A DNA stretch of 61,616 bases, filler included, from Choristocarpus tenellus KU-1152 (lineage: Eukaryota; Protista; Phaeophyceae): NCBI GenBank assembly GCA_964200185.2. It is 10 parts of 10 records of this genome, joined end to end, with 100 filler letters (N's around TTAATTAATTAA, not from the genome) between each part and the next. Parts side by side here need not be neighbours in the genome. Positions count along the whole stretch, not along the records: positions 1 to 9,734 come from CAXNAD020003447.1; positions 9,835 to 12,968 come from CAXNAD020022084.1; positions 13,069 to 24,942 come from CAXNAD020002087.1; 7 more parts are not named here. One strand, 5' to 3'. The notes beneath the pieces are model-generated. The model was not told the origin of the DNA. It did not search any database and worked only from the letters and a program-made list of their open reading frames with translations. Positions 1 through 13,556 of the stretch are shown here, piece after piece (positions within the stretch are counted from its first letter, which is position 1; each line of letters opens with the position of its first letter). The position numbers and the translations under genes are program-made.

Positions 1-3000
1 GTATGGTGAGCCATTACTCCCCCCCATCGTAAACTATAGTTTTATTTTTTTGTGTAGCAGGGGAGAGGGGCTGGGAGTTTGTTTACTGCGAAGGAGTGAT
101 TGGTGTATAGTTGTACATGTATTGTTCTATTTATTATTATTATTATTACTATTATTGTTATTATGGTTTTATTGTCTCTGTTTTTTGAATGAAGATGGTA
201 TGTGGATGTCCTGCTGGGAGATGAGTTCCTCTTGAGATATTTTTACTTTTAATTTAACTTAATTTAAATTATTTATTTGTGCGTGAGTGAGTGAGTGAAA
301 AGAATGTCTAGGCCATCGATGTTTTGTGAACTCCAGTACGCTCCGTTCGCACCTTCAGCAGACTACACTGTGTGGATGTTTTCCCCTGCTTGAATTATGA
401 TTTTTTTTCTTTATTTTTTTTTATCGATTTGTTGCATGTCTTATCCCCTCTGCCACTGTGTGTATCTCTGGTTGGTGTGATAGCATTCACGCCTCATCCA
501 TACTCCTCAACATGCAAAACCAATGGGAGGAGTTGTGTATGAGATTTAAAAAAAAGCAATAAATATATCTGGGACCGGTAACACTACCACAACGGACAGG
601 GGTGCACTAGTGCCTCAGGAATTTTCTTGGTATTTTCTTGGAAATGTATTCGCGGTTAGGATCGGGGTTAAACTTTGAATAACAGCAGAGCATGTTTTAG
701 TTATTTGTGGGTAGCACTATGTTCGTGGTATGTTTGTGCGGAGTGTCCTCACGGCCCTTTCTTACTGTCTACACCTGTAGCTATCCCTAGGTATCCTTTC
801 CACCTAACTTTTTATACAGTGAGGTGAATGAGGTGAATATCATCCATGTCCCCTTCGTATCATACCCCTTGCCGAGAACGTTCCTGTCACCTATATAGGT
901 GAACCTTGTTTTTGTCTAATATCCAACCTTGATTCATGATGTGCTGTGGCCCCTGTCTCAATCTCAGGGAGGATACAACAAGTTTGATGGGATAGAAGTG
1001 CCCAAGGTCACTTCCATGATGGACTCTGTAAAGGGTTTCATCAGTACATGCGTTAAGGACATCAGGGGGATGGGCAGCGGGAAGGTCAGTGAGAGGGTTT
1101 GCTTGGTGGATCTTACACGTGGAGAGTATTTATAGTTTGATTTATAATTTGATTTATAGTTGATTTATAGTTTGATTTATAGTTCAGATCTCTTTAGCGC
1201 TCGGTTTGATTGTGATTACGTCCTGTACATCTCCTATTGCTTCCTCTGTTGAGGATGAGTTGAAAGAGCTGTATGTATATGTGTATGTATGTATGTATAT
1301 ATGCACTATCTTGCTCCTTTGTAGACTGCCCTGAGGAGGTACTAGGTACTCTCAGTTATTATTTTTGTTATTATTAACCTATTTTTGCATTATGAGTTGG
1401 TAGTCTTCATTCCCTCCTCTGAATACTAAGAAATTGATCGTTGCAGGTCATTTTTTTTTTTTAATGAAATAAAATGAAATTCCTGCTTCAGTTTTTGCTT
1501 GTGTGTGAGTTGTGTGGGTGTAACTTGGTGTTCAGATACATGTAGGCACTGGTATTGTCTTTTCTGTTAGTCCAAAAGTTATTCCAAAGGTACACCCTAA
1601 TATCGCAATCGGTTCAGTCTTTTTTTAGAAAGCTGTTGCGTGTATTTGTTTGAAATGTGTGTACTAGATGTACAGATTGTAGAGAGCTTTATTGAAGTAT
1701 AGCAGCGATATTGGTAGCTGATGGTATCCGTGGAAGTGTGTGCTCCTTGGGGGTAAAGAGATGGGTGAAACAACAGTCAGTCACCGGCGTTGAGCAGAGG
1801 AGGATTATTGTCTTCTATCGAGGGAAGTTTTTGTGGGTTAAGAGAACCTCGTACTTCAGACTAGGGTGGTACTGCACTTGAGTGTCCACTGCCCCTCTTT
1901 TAGTAGTATATAGTAGTGATTTTAGTGTGAGGACCGTGAGTCTGTTGGAGAGGTTCAGATTTGTGAGGACCATCGGAGTGTGGTTCTTTTTAGGACCATT
2001 GGAGTATGGTTCTTTGCTTCAAGAGGCAGGTGTAGTATTTCTGGTTGTTATTGCTGCCCGTGGTGTGTGTGTAGTGCGGTTTTGCACCTCGATTGGTCCG
2101 AAATTTTTGTGGGTTTATTCAAGGCTTTGTACCTGCTGTCAAGTTGTTTGCTGTGAAATGCTTACTGCAAGGGTCTTCAATGTGTTGTGCTGGTGCTGTA
2201 TGGGATTATTGATCATATTTTTCCGAGGTTTTCGTAGTTTATTTGGCGTTGATTCTGATTGTCGAGAGTGAGGTTTGGTGGCAAGAGTCTCTCCAAATGG
2301 AAGAAGTCTTTTGTCTACTGCAGTTAGGGTTAGGGTTAGGTGATAGGAACAGCTAATCACCTTGTTTTGTTCTGGATGGGAAGTTTGAAGTCAGGGGCTT
2401 TTGTAGGTAGCTTTGTGAGCTTCTGTGTGTGAGGCATGCAGGAGTTTAAAATATATATATATATATATATTGTGGTGGTGTGACTCGCTCTGTATCTACA
2501 TATTTTTTATTTACAGTTGAGAGGATGAGCATATTTTATTATTTTATTACGAAGTTACTTGTGGCTGTAGGTAGAAGTCAACATGTGGATAGGTGTAACT
2601 GTCATCAGGCACCCCACTTGTAGAGTAAATCACAGTTGAAGGTGTAAGTATGCATGGGGGTGAGAGGGACTTGGCTCAGGTACCTAGTACCTAGTCAGTC
2701 TCTATAGTTTGTTGGAGAGTTGGTATGTCTTGTGAACACATGAAAAGAGCTGTTTTGAGGAAGATGTGAACCTGTGTATGTCAATGTCAATGGAGTGGGT
2801 GTGGATGTTGTGAAGGGTAATGGATTAAGTGATAAAAAATTCACTTAGGCTCACATTTTTTAATATCTCTGTATGTGTGTGTATTAGGTACCTCCCTCAA
2901 GTTTGTTAAAGGTATCATATGAGGAGGTTGGATCTATGAATTAAATTGCATCTGTTGGAAGTATTGTTGAATGTGAGAGAGTTCATGGTAGGATGGAATT

Positions 3001-3052
3001 GATTGTTGTGGACACCAGGTCTTATTGGTGTACACATGGCAGAAATAGATAC

Positions 3053-3067
3053 ACATACATACATACA

Positions 3068-3097
<30 letters not shown>
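3053..3097. repeat. (ACAT)n microsatellite
   Basis: Direct reading. Confidence 0.95.
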
Positions 3098-3098
<1 letters not shown>

Positions 3099-6000
3099 TA
3101 TAGGAGAGGGGCAAGGGGTGGTTTGGAGGGGCTAGTATATCCAGAATTCTCACTTGAGAGGGTAGGTTTGACTCTGTACACAGGTATATCACCTGAACCT
3201 GCATCAGCTAACCAAAGGATGCGACATGTGACATTATGGCAAGCAGCTAGCTATAGCCTGTGATGGATAGCTAATGGGTTGTCACGAACTACTTAAAGAA
3301 TCCAGTAATGGGGTAGGCTCACCTTGCGGTAAATCGTCTAACAAACTTATAGCACCGTTGTTTTTGTATGTGTGGACTGTTTTGTCAAAGTTGATTGATC
3401 ACTGTTCTCCCTTACTGTCTGTGACTTGCATGGTTTGCCCTCTAGTTGCTGGAAACACTAATGTGTTTCTGAATTTGAATCGCTTTTGCCAGGACTTGTT
3501 GTCTCTGCCCTTGTTCTGTTCCTACTTTCCAATGGATTTCTCTCTCTCTCACTCCCCCCCCCCCCCCCCCTGTCTCTCTGTGATTTTTGCCTGGTGTTTG
3601 TTCAGATTCCACACATGAACACTATGGTCACACTGATGATGCTCCTTCTTCTACTCTTTGCACTAGTGACTTCTTTGATGCCCAAGAGCAAGCCTGTTGA
3701 GAAGATCTCCTAAACCAACAAATAACAATAGAGGACGTGTTTTTGTTGTTGTGTGGGATGAGGTGGTGGCATTGCTTGTTATCTTGTAAGTGAGGGTGGT
3801 ATTGTGTTTACTTACAACACAGTGTGGTACTGTTGTGGCGAGTCTTGCTAGGATAAGGTACAAGCATAATATGTCAGCATGAGGTACATGTTGCTGTCAA
3901 GAGTACACCCAGCACTTAAAATGTGACATCTGCCCTAAACAGCTAAATATCCAGGTGTTTTCTTGGGGGAGATTGTATTGGCGATTGAATCTGATTGGCT
4001 TGCCGTGATGTGTGTAGGCTAGTCTATTGGTGGATGGAGCTGTTGCTTTAGTATCACGGTCCTTGCGCCTCTCACTGTTGTTAAAAAGTTACTTTGTGTT
4101 TTGTTCATTAGTTCACTTTCCACATGGGGATGATGGGTAAATGGAGATTGCTAGTGCATAAGATGTGTGTGATCGAAGGATTGGAGGCGTTTGTTACTAT
4201 ATTTGTTCACACCGAAGCTGCCGGCTTCCCTTCTTGTGTTTATTTGTGTGAAGTTTGATTTGTGCGACTCTGTGACTGCTGTTTTATGTATGGGGTGTTC
4301 AATTCTATGTGATTGCATAGTGGGTGGACAAGGTGTTTTTGTAGCTGAGGTGGAAGGTTGCCTGGTCGCTTCAATCACCCCCTCCTGACATCTTGGGATG
4401 TAAATCGATCGAAGCTAGGTGGATGGATGGTTGTGTGAATTTGGCTGCTCAAAAAAGCTGCATGATGTATGGGAGGTCAACTGAACTGACAAGGTGATGC
4501 TCTGCAGCTCCTGAAACACACAGTGAATTTAAGGGCAATGACGCTCAAGAGGATCATCACTACCAAATGGTGTATGCATGTATCTGTCATTGATGTTCCT
4601 GTCTGACTGTTTCGTGACTGACTGAGACAAACCATGACAGAGCTAGGCAGGCAGGTTTGGACTCTTTTGCATTCCAAGTAATCTTTTTTAACATCTGCAA
4701 TGCACACCCTATTTCATTGCTTTCTGTGCACGATCGTCTGTGAAAAAGATCTGTGCTTACAGTGTGCATTTTAGCCCTAACCATAATATACTTCGGAGTT
4801 AGAACAATGACGATAAGAATATTGTCGAGGGGGGTCGACAAGACCACCCAACTGAGAGAGTTGCATTTTAAGGATGCTAATAATATGTACAAAACTCGGT
4901 TTTGAAAATATCTGTATAGGATAACTCGCTCTTTCTGAGCTTCAGAAGCTAAAATCTTAGTAAGGAATATTGTTGGTAGTTTATTTATGGTGGGCAAATG
5001 TCATTGGAAAGCTAGAAAAGTAAAAATGATTCTTCGGTAAGTTCGGTATATTACACACAGTGTGAGAGCCATCTTCCACAGAAGGTATACCCTGAAGGTA
5101 ACCTATCTTGAATAATCTGATATTCATATGACATTTGTTCTTGCGTGTTGAAGGTAACATCTGGTTGAAGTAAGATCGGGTGGTTTGAAGGGACCTTGCC
5201 AAATTCCCAAATTCCTATTTTCTGAATTCTGTAGAAGAGTTTCCAACAAATAGAGAAATCTATACTCTCAAGTCGAACCTAGCACTTCATTATTCATAGT
5301 AATACGGGTAAATTGCAAAATATAGAAAACTGGCTTGAAATGCAAAACATCCAAAACCTGGGTACTTCTTGTTTACTTTGTGTAAATACAGGTCAGCTCA
5401 TTTTTTTCATTTATGGCAAGACATCACACCGGATAGAGTACCATCAATCATGACCTTCAATGGAGTATTTGATTCTCTGTTGACCACCTAACACCTTCAA
5501 TATAGTCGTGATCTGCTTGTTCGTCTTGAACACCTTCATATATATGATGGTCAACCCCACTGAAAAAACTTGAGTGTTTTGCTGTCTCAACAAGATTTGA
5601 AATAGAAGCATATCTTCGATTTCAAATCTTGTAGACTGTTAAGCCAAGATGAAAATGGACTGTCAATCTATAGGGCATCTAACCAGAGTCTCCTTGTGAT
5701 TGATTTTTAGTTTGTCCGTTTTTCCCTCTGATGCACGCATGATGCAAGTCGTTTGTTTCACAAGGTTGCTTGTCAACACAACATATTTCTTCCATGACAA
5801 ATATCATTATGACAACTGATGGTTGATTGTTGAGGGTTCTCGTTGAATTGTTATTGTATGTTTCTTGAAATTCTTTGGCTTTGTATCATGTTTCGTTTTG
5901 TTTCTGCATGACACTGTCTGCAAAATGTCAGTGGGCATAAAAATGTTGATAGCTATCACTGAGACAAAGAAAAACGAGACTTACCAGTTTTTGACCTACT

Positions 6001-6782
6001 AGCATTTTAGGCAATTTCGAATCTTTTCCAAATTAAATTTCACCGATTATTATATGGATGGAGGGCCAAGTTTGACTTGAAAGAAGGGTTGATTTCTCTA
6101 TTGCTTGAAACTACTCGAAAAAAATCGGAAAACATCCTACTACACACATTTGTGAAAAAAAAATGATTTTGTACATATTTTGCCAGCACCCTTAATATGC
6201 AACTCTGCATACCTTTGGTGTACTTTGACTCACAAGCGAGTAGATTTCTTGTGTTCTTGTATTGAGATTAACAAGAAACTACTCTGCTTGTTGGTGTATA
6301 TACGTCAAATGCAAACTGTGTTGCTCATACAGATAACACAACATTCACTCCGTCTTACACACACTTCTCACTGGTAGTGACAGCATCTATTATGTGGAAA
6401 TCTTAAGAGGGCATAGAATACATTCATATATGATTGTCGTTGTGGCTAATTGGTCGAGGCAGGGCCTGCTTGCATAAAAATCGTGGATTCGGATCTTGCA
6501 GACGTCAAATATCTATTCATCATGGTGATCCGGTTTCGATTATGTAACTTCACATGAGCAAGAGAAGGGAGTGTGTACCAGTATCATATTAATATAATGT
6601 CCGTTTGTGTTGAATTACAAAAACACCAAACAAAGATCAAGGTGGAAAACTTCGGGCGGATCCAGCAGAAGAGAGATGGAGGGATGACTGGTGGGTGGGA
6701 GTGCTGAACCAGCAATATATGTGAGAAGCAAAACAGGAACGACGGAAGAGGCACAGTTGTATGTAGTAAAACATCATTGTAA

Positions 6783-6911
6783 CAGCCGATTTCAAAAATT
6801 GAGGATGGAGCTTTTCATTTAAAAAAAACATATCGACACTTTATCCCAGTCAATTTTGGGTCAAGCCCATCCTCAATGAAAAGCTCCATCCTCAATTTTT
6901 GAAATCGACTG
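6783..6911. mobile_element. Small TIR element (37-bp inverted repeats)
   Basis: CAGCCGATTTCAAAAATTGAGGATGGAGCTTTTCATT (6783-6819) and its reverse complement with one mismatch (6875-6911); no clear TSD. Confidence 0.7.
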
Positions 6912-7687
6912 TTTTGTAGTTAGTACTGATGTTTTGGGTGTGAGGGAGTATAGTGTGTAGTGCCTCTAACCAGGAGTCGGAATTATCCAACAGATATTAC
7001 CGTACTACTACTACTACTGTTTGACAATTATGACATAAAATATGGACACATTATTCATGTCCTAGTAGTATTATTTTCCCACATTACTCGTCCATGTTCC
7101 CGACTAGTGATCAGAGGCACTATACACTACTTTTCCTACTAACAACTACTACTACCGCTGGTGTATGACTAGTTATTGTACTACTACTGTCCTTTCCTGC
7201 TTTGTTTCTGTTGGGTTGGGTTCAGCATTCCTCCTACTACTTACTGCTCGTCACTCTATTATGTCCTCCCTCCTCGAATCTTCTCCTGACCATCCCAAAG
7301 TGATCGCCTTATTAACCTTGGTAAGGATTTTTTGAGGAGTAGTAGAGGTTGTGGAATAGGATATTTGAAACTATACTTTCATATCAATCATCAACGTGTC
7401 CCTCACAATCGCAAAAAAAAATGATGATACAAGGTTAGTATTCATGGACAATGTTGAATTTTCAAGAAGCGCGATGCGCGCGCCCGAAGGAAACGCACAA
7501 CCAAGACATCCTATCACAATTAGTAGTAGTGGCAGTATAGTAAAGGTACCTTCTTTGATCAGGGAACGCTGCCGTTTCCACCGTAATGAGTCAGCCCAGC
7601 ATACCTGAGTATTCTGAAACTACGCACTAGCAACGAGATAGAAAGGGGAGAAACGCTCGAGACGTGGAGTCGGGGTTGCATCGACAG

Positions 7688-9024
7688 ATGGAACAGCGGG
7701 AGGATGAAGGCGAGGCTACAGGATTATACTTTTGCCACACGTGCCGGTGAGTACACGACTCGTTACCACGTATGACCCTCAATTCGCTTGGGTCATCTCT
7801 GCCGGGTCGACTCCTGCATGGAATGGAAATGCACAAGATTGACTGGCATTGACCAACATGCACATCTTTCCCCACCTTGTAACCAGGAATGAAGTAGACG
7901 CTGTTCGGAACGACTCTGAGGAGCTGGAATGTGAGCAGGTACGCCAAACTAAAATACCATCCCCGCATACCTACATGCCTTATCCCTTCGCGCTCATTGA
8001 ACTTATTTGTATCCGAATGTATCAACTTGCACTTACAATGGTTCGTCCAAAATGCGTCGTTGCACATGTGGTGTTGGGGTAGTGTGGGGGTACCTTCGTC
8101 GAAGATTTGCATGAGGGCCAAGAGCGGGAAGAGCTGCAGCAGTTCACTGAGGGTGGGACGAGGGAGTCGAGGTCTACGGATTCCCTTGATGATGCCAGTC
8201 ATGATGGGGGAGGGCATCAGGCTCGGCATAATCAGGAAGGAGGTGGTGATGGGGATCACGGGATGGAGCAAGGCATTGAGCAGCTGGTTGAACAACTGCT
8301 CGGGGGTGTAGCTACGAGGATGTCACGTGGAGGAGTCGGGGGTGACGGTGGATTAAGAGGGGAAGGAAATGGGGGCACCAGGGTTGAGGGCGCTAACATT
8401 TTCACGTGCGTTATTTTGGTGAAGTGGGTATCCTGCATAGCAATGTCAGAATTTTCTACGGGACAATTTGGCACAATCGAGGGTCCTGTATCTCAGAGCT
8501 CGGTTCGATTTGTTTCTCTTCACCACTCTTCCTCTTTGTTAGTGACATATAATCCTGTCTCCACGATCAAAGTAGGATGTCCACACGGTCCTCTCAGTCT
8601 CCGTCGCAGAGTTGGAAATTTAAATCCTACGCGAATGCAATTCCTCCCCCCCCCCCCCAGATGCTATCCTTGAAATACTCGAGTTTCTCCTAACCGTTGG
8701 CGTAACTCTAGTAGTGCCCAACATCATCACCACCCCATTCTACAAATACGGAGAGCACACATATTCCAAACTATTCCACACCTTCTCAGAGGTTTAATGC
8801 AGGCACTGGCAGGTCAAGGGAATGCAGAGGTATTTGTGGGTGGGGATATGGGAGGGGGTGGAATAGGAGGAGGTCGGGGAGAACTGCTCAGCTCACTGGG
8901 GAGGCTGGGGCTTGCGCTTAGGACGGAGCTACCACCTGGGCCGACGGCGGGAAACGTTGGGGACTATGCGTTTGGGGATCTGTCAACACTCATCCAGCAG
9001 CTGATGCAGGCGGACACCAGCAGG
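7688..9024 (+). CDS. RNF126/RNF115-like (RING-H2 family) E3 ubiquitin ligase, 5' part; exons 7688-7746, 7887-7938, 8083-8405, 8790-9024; RING exons not seen before contig end
   Basis: GT-AG splicing keeps the frame and builds the N-terminal zinc ribbon YFCHTCRNEVDAVRNDSEELECEQCGGTFVED and the family motif GNVGDYAFGDLSTLIQQLMQAD. Confidence 0.85.
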
Positions 9025-9734
9025 GTGAGAGGTCTTTTGAAATAGTATTACATGCACATGGAGGTACAGGCGCACTAGACAGATGTTTTGCTTGTGTGAT
9101 ACAAACACACGCATGTTCAGAGATCTCTTGTGCAGTGGTGGTAAGTTCAATATGCGAATCATGCCTGGGGGATTTTTTTTTTTTTGAAAATACGTAGGTG
9201 AAAATAAGAAAGGAGAGAACCTGATCTGCACGGCACAATGTGCGAACCGTGGGTGTTAAAAGAGGTGCGTTAGGAGCGGGTTTCGCTCCGCGACATGTTG
9301 CCATGATTTTAATTTTTTATTTTCTTTTAACTGTTTACGATAAACTCAGAGGCTTGTCGAGTTTTCAACTGTTCTGCTTTACTACAGTGGAAGGAACTAA
9401 CTACAGTGAAAGAAACTAACGGTCGCTCGTGTCCCGTTCCTGTTCCCCTCTCTCATTCCTCTCGGTAGATGTAGTCCTTGCCTTAAACCGTAACCCATGA
9501 TCTCTCCAACCGTCCTCCCCCCCCCTCCCCCCACGCCCACCAGCCAACCCCACCCTGCCCATCCTGAACTCTGTGCTTCCCGCCTCTGCATGAACAATGA
9601 ATGGCACTTTGGGTTGGATGTTGTCCACCATTCCAGCATGGTTCACCTCCCGCGGCAAAAGAGGTGGTGGCTAACTTGCCAACCTTGACAATAGCTGAGG
9701 TAGGATAAATTACTGCCCCCCCCCACCCCCCCCC

Positions 9735-9834
9735 NNNNNNNNNNNNNNNNNNNNNNNNNNNNNNNNNNNNNNNNNNNNTTAATTAATTAANNNNNNNNNN
9801 NNNNNNNNNNNNNNNNNNNNNNNNNNNNNNNNNN
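9735..9834. other. Artificial contig linker (N-TTAATTAATTAA-N, 100 bp); also at 12969, 24943, 28200, 32056, 37249, 40826, 44401, 56866
   Basis: Identical six-frame-stop spacer inside N runs. Confidence 0.97.
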
Positions 9835-11795
9835 AGCACCCCCTAACCCCATACCCCAACCCACCTCGCCCCTCCTCCACTCCAACTCATCTCAAGCCAC
9901 CTCCCACCCCAGTCACCATCACCACTACCCCCTCCTCTCCACAGAAAATCTAGGCCACCTACCACCACATACACGTCTGCCTTGGTGGGTCCATACTCCA
10001 AGTGTAGCATCTGCCCTTCACCAAGTCCAGATGGAGACCCTGAAGGGGGTAAACATCACCACGGCAGGCTTTGCACCGCCCACGCAATCGCCCTCATGCA
10101 CACAGTGGATCTCCTGATACATGAGGTAACTCCCTCAAGGCTGGAAGGGAGGACACCAACAATAGGGGTCATCAGAGCATCCAAACTCTTCCACATGATC
10201 TCTAGCCTCTTACTGGCAAGTGATGGAAAGTTCTTGAGGGAGGAAAGGTTTTCCTGGGTGGCTTCAGAGAACATCCAAGCGCTAGTTGCATGGCTACTAG
10301 AATGATCCCAGAGGACGAGCAGACGTAGGGAGGCCACTGGAGAGGACGCCAAGTCCCGCCAGGAACGCGCTGCAGCTCTGGGTCACCACCATGGAGGAGT
10401 TTCCAAGGGAGCGAGCGTGCTCCTAGCACAACCCAGAGCTCCAGGGACGGAGGAGATTTTCAATATACTGGTCCCTAAACACCCGAGTGAGAACCAAGAT
10501 GAGCTTAGGCAGGCCATCATGGACGCAAAAGACAGGGTACAAGGGAATGCAAGATCTGGGGAACAAAGGTACTGCCCCCCTGAAGGGGAGTACACCCCCA
10601 CCCCCCTTCGAAAAGCCGTCATGAGGGCTAACAGCAACTTGGCACAAGGCCCTGACAGGATGCGCCCTAGCCACATCAGATCAGTCATCAAGACATATCT
10701 TGGTCACGAGGAAGTGGCAGAAGTATTTGCAAAATTATGGGAGCTAGCCTACATCTCCCCAGACTCTCTACCACTAGAGTTCTGGACACTCTACACCAAC
10801 TCCAGATTGTCCACAATTGGGGAGAAGTGTTGCCCGGTCGCCTGCAGGTCTTTTTTCAGGAGGGCATGTGCTTCAGCTTTCTGCACAGACTGGCGCCCCT
10901 ACATAGACGATTTTTTCGGGGGAGTAGGACAATTTGGCGTCGGAGTCCCAAATGGAGTAGAACGTGTACTCCTGGATATCCGCCTAAGGAATGAGTGCTG
11001 AGAACGGGTCATCAGTTTGGACGGAAGGAATGCTTTCAACAGCGTACATTGCTCAGCTTTCATCCAGGCCCCCCCAGAGACTCTACCAGGACTCCTACCT
11101 TATGTCTCTAACCATCCAGACAGAAAGAGGCCATACCCAAACCCAATAGAGCAGACGCCTCCATCTCCATCACCTCTCAAACAGATACACTTTCTCAAAC
11201 AAGACTGTTAGCTCAAGCCTCAAGTCTCCTCAGGAACCCTCCTTCTTCTGTTGCTGTAAGGGCAGCAGTACTTAGGTATACGGGAACACCTTAAATCTTC
11301 TTTTCCTCCTAGATGAGAGAGTGACGAAGATCTTACCATTGAGATCTGGGGCCGAACAGGGAGACCCACTGGGCCCCCGCTTATATTGCATGTCAACACA
11401 CAAGGCCTTACAACAGGTCCAATCAGTCTTTGGACCCCAAGGGATTTCCTCCCGGAGCTATCTGGATGACGCGTCCATATCTGCAAGGGGGATCGACCCT
11501 ACCACCATAGCTGCTTTCAAGCAGTTAACAACTGACCTCCATGAGGTAGGCATTAACCCAAATATGGACAAGACCTTTGCCGCGCCTCCCCAGGGCCACC
11601 AACCCATGCTCTCGGAACTGGAGCTTCTCTCTATACATTGGGAATCAACCTAGCCCCGAACCCCAATGGTTTTGTCACTCTAGGGGCTCCGGTGGGAACA
11701 GATGGTTTCATTCAAGCTCACATGGCAGAGGTGATCGAGAGCTCTGGGACATGAGCTTTGGCCACACACCTCAGCGAGGTGGAGGACAAGAAGGT

Positions 11796-12064
11796 GAGCC
11801 AAAATATCTTAGAGGGTAGAGTCGCTTCCATTTGGGGNNNNNNNNNNCCAAAATCCAATGTTGCGATTTTGATGTAATTTTGGCTATCGAGCTTGTAAGG
11901 AAGTGTCAATATCCTTGTTGCGGACACACCTTTTCATAATATATACATTTTACCTACTCCGAAATATTCTGGAGTAGGAAAAATGTCATAATAAACCCCG
12001 AGGGAAGCCAAGCCCCAAATGGACAAAAAGGGAAAAACTCGTACCCTCTAAGATACTTTCATTC
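11796..12064 (-). mobile_element. MITE-A copy
   Basis: TIRs GAGNNAAAGTATCTTAGAGGGTA; TSD AGGT/AGGT. Confidence 0.95.
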
Positions 12065-12172
12065 AGGTGACCTGGCTCCTCAACTCCTGGTCCCTCTCCT
12101 CCCGGCTAGGCTATCTAGCGAGGGTCACTCCCCTCCTCCTGGCACGCTCCACCATGGAGCAAGCAGATAATA

Positions 12173-12431
12173 GAGCTAAAGTATCTTAGAGGGTAGGGAC
12201 ACATCCATTTGGGGGATAAAATCCAATGTTGTGATTTGGATGTAATCTTGGCTATAGTGTTTGTTACGAAGTGTCAACATTGTTGTTCTGGACACACTTT
12301 TTCGTAATGCATACATTTTACCTACTCCGAAACATTTTGGATTAGGAAAATATAATAGTAAAAACTCATGGGAAGCCAAGCCCCAAATGGGCAAGCAGAG
12401 CAAACTCGTACCCTCTAAGATACTTTCACTC
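12173..12431 (-). mobile_element. MITE-A copy
   Basis: Both TIRs; TSD AATA/AACA. Confidence 0.95.
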
Positions 12432-12904
12432 AACACCTCCTTATGGACACTACAGAGTATAATGGAGGTAGCTGACTCGACAGAGGCGACGGATTTCTTC
12501 GAGGGAGGGTATAACAATGGGCTTCTTTGCCTAGAGACCTACCAACAAGTACAGGTACAGATGCCTACAAGTGCGGGGGGTCTGGGCTTCTCCTCTATGG
12601 GACACCACCAACATATGGCGTTCGTAGGATCACTGGTAGCTACTCTACCCACCCTCCTAGCAAGGCACCTAGGGCCTAATGGCGAGTACTTCTCACAAGC
12701 TCTTTGCACGAACCCAACAATACAGTCCTTAAGATTATCCATCCATACCCTCCTTTCTACAGGTGTCCCCCCAGAAGACCTTGCCGAAATCATTGACCAA
12801 GACTGGGTAACCTGGGGGGGAACAACACCCCCTGCACCTGCCCCAGAGGTACATATGCTGGCAGCTCATGACACCAGGATCACAAGGAGGGCTCAACATG
12901 AGAT

Positions 12905-12968
12905 GAGTGAAAGTATCTTAGAGGGTACGAGTTTTGCCCTGTTTGTCCATTTGGGGCTTGGTTCCCCA
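12905..12968 (+). mobile_element. MITE-A left end (contig end)
   Basis: Left TIR plus GTCCATTTGGGG. Confidence 0.9.
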
Positions 12969-13198
12969 NNNNNNNNNNNNNNNNNNNNNNNNNNNNNNNN
13001 NNNNNNNNNNNNTTAATTAATTAANNNNNNNNNNNNNNNNNNNNNNNNNNNNNNNNNNNNNNNNNNNNCCCCCATAAATGTAAAGAACAAAAATGGAAAC
13101 AGTGACTCTACTCCCACTCCCGGCCTTCCATGGATTATGCCCCCCCCCCCCCAAAGAAGGAAACATCTCCCAACCCTATGTATGTAGCACTAGCCTGT

Positions 13199-13455
13199 GA
13201 GCCAAAGTATGTTTGAGGGTAGGACCACGTCCATATGGGGACCAAAATCCAATGCTCTGGTTTTGATGTAATTCTGACTATCGTGTTTTTAAGAAGTGCC
13301 AGTATCCTTGTTCCAGACACACCATTTCATAACGTATACATTTTACCTACTCCAAAACATCTTGGAGTAGGAAAATGTCATAAAATATTCATGGTAAGTC
13401 AAATCCCAAATGGACAAACAGGGCAAAACTCGTACCCTCTAAGATACTTTCACTC
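13199..13455 (-). mobile_element. MITE-A copy
   Basis: Both TIRs; TSD TGT/TGT. Confidence 0.95.
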
Positions 13456-13556
13456 TGTGTATATAGTACTACTCTGTGTACATAGTACTAACCTATGTAC
13501 ATAGTACTAGCTTGTGTACATAATAATAGCCTGTATACACGGTACTAGCCATATAC
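13456..13556. repeat. ~19-bp minisatellite, ~5 copies
   Basis: TGTGTACATAGTACTAGCC-like units. Confidence 0.8.

Larger units (their letters stand above)
9835..12904 (+). mobile_element. Decayed non-LTR retrotransposon (CRE-like RT), interrupted by two MITE-A copies and abutting a third
   Basis: RT motifs GPDRMRPSH, GQFGVGVPNG, DGRNAFNS, GAEQGDPLGP, SYLDD, MPTSAGGLGF across stops/frameshifts; reading resumes after removing MITEs. Confidence 0.9.

Noticed and set aside
307-560. Possible small RNA or terminal exon
   Set aside because: No recognisable ncRNA motifs and no supported reading frame.
700-4400. Possible LINE/LTR relics on the minus strand (e.g. LGV..DSNM-like near 3900)
   Set aside because: Too degenerate to assign family or boundaries.
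9779-9790. Recurrent TTAATTAATTAA within N runs as a biological repeat
   Set aside because: Identical 100-bp artificial contig spacer with stops in all frames.
12176-12517. Recurring ORF-track peptides such as SESILEGTSFAL, QNYIKIATLDF, WEAKPQMD
   Set aside because: Translations of the non-coding MITE-A.
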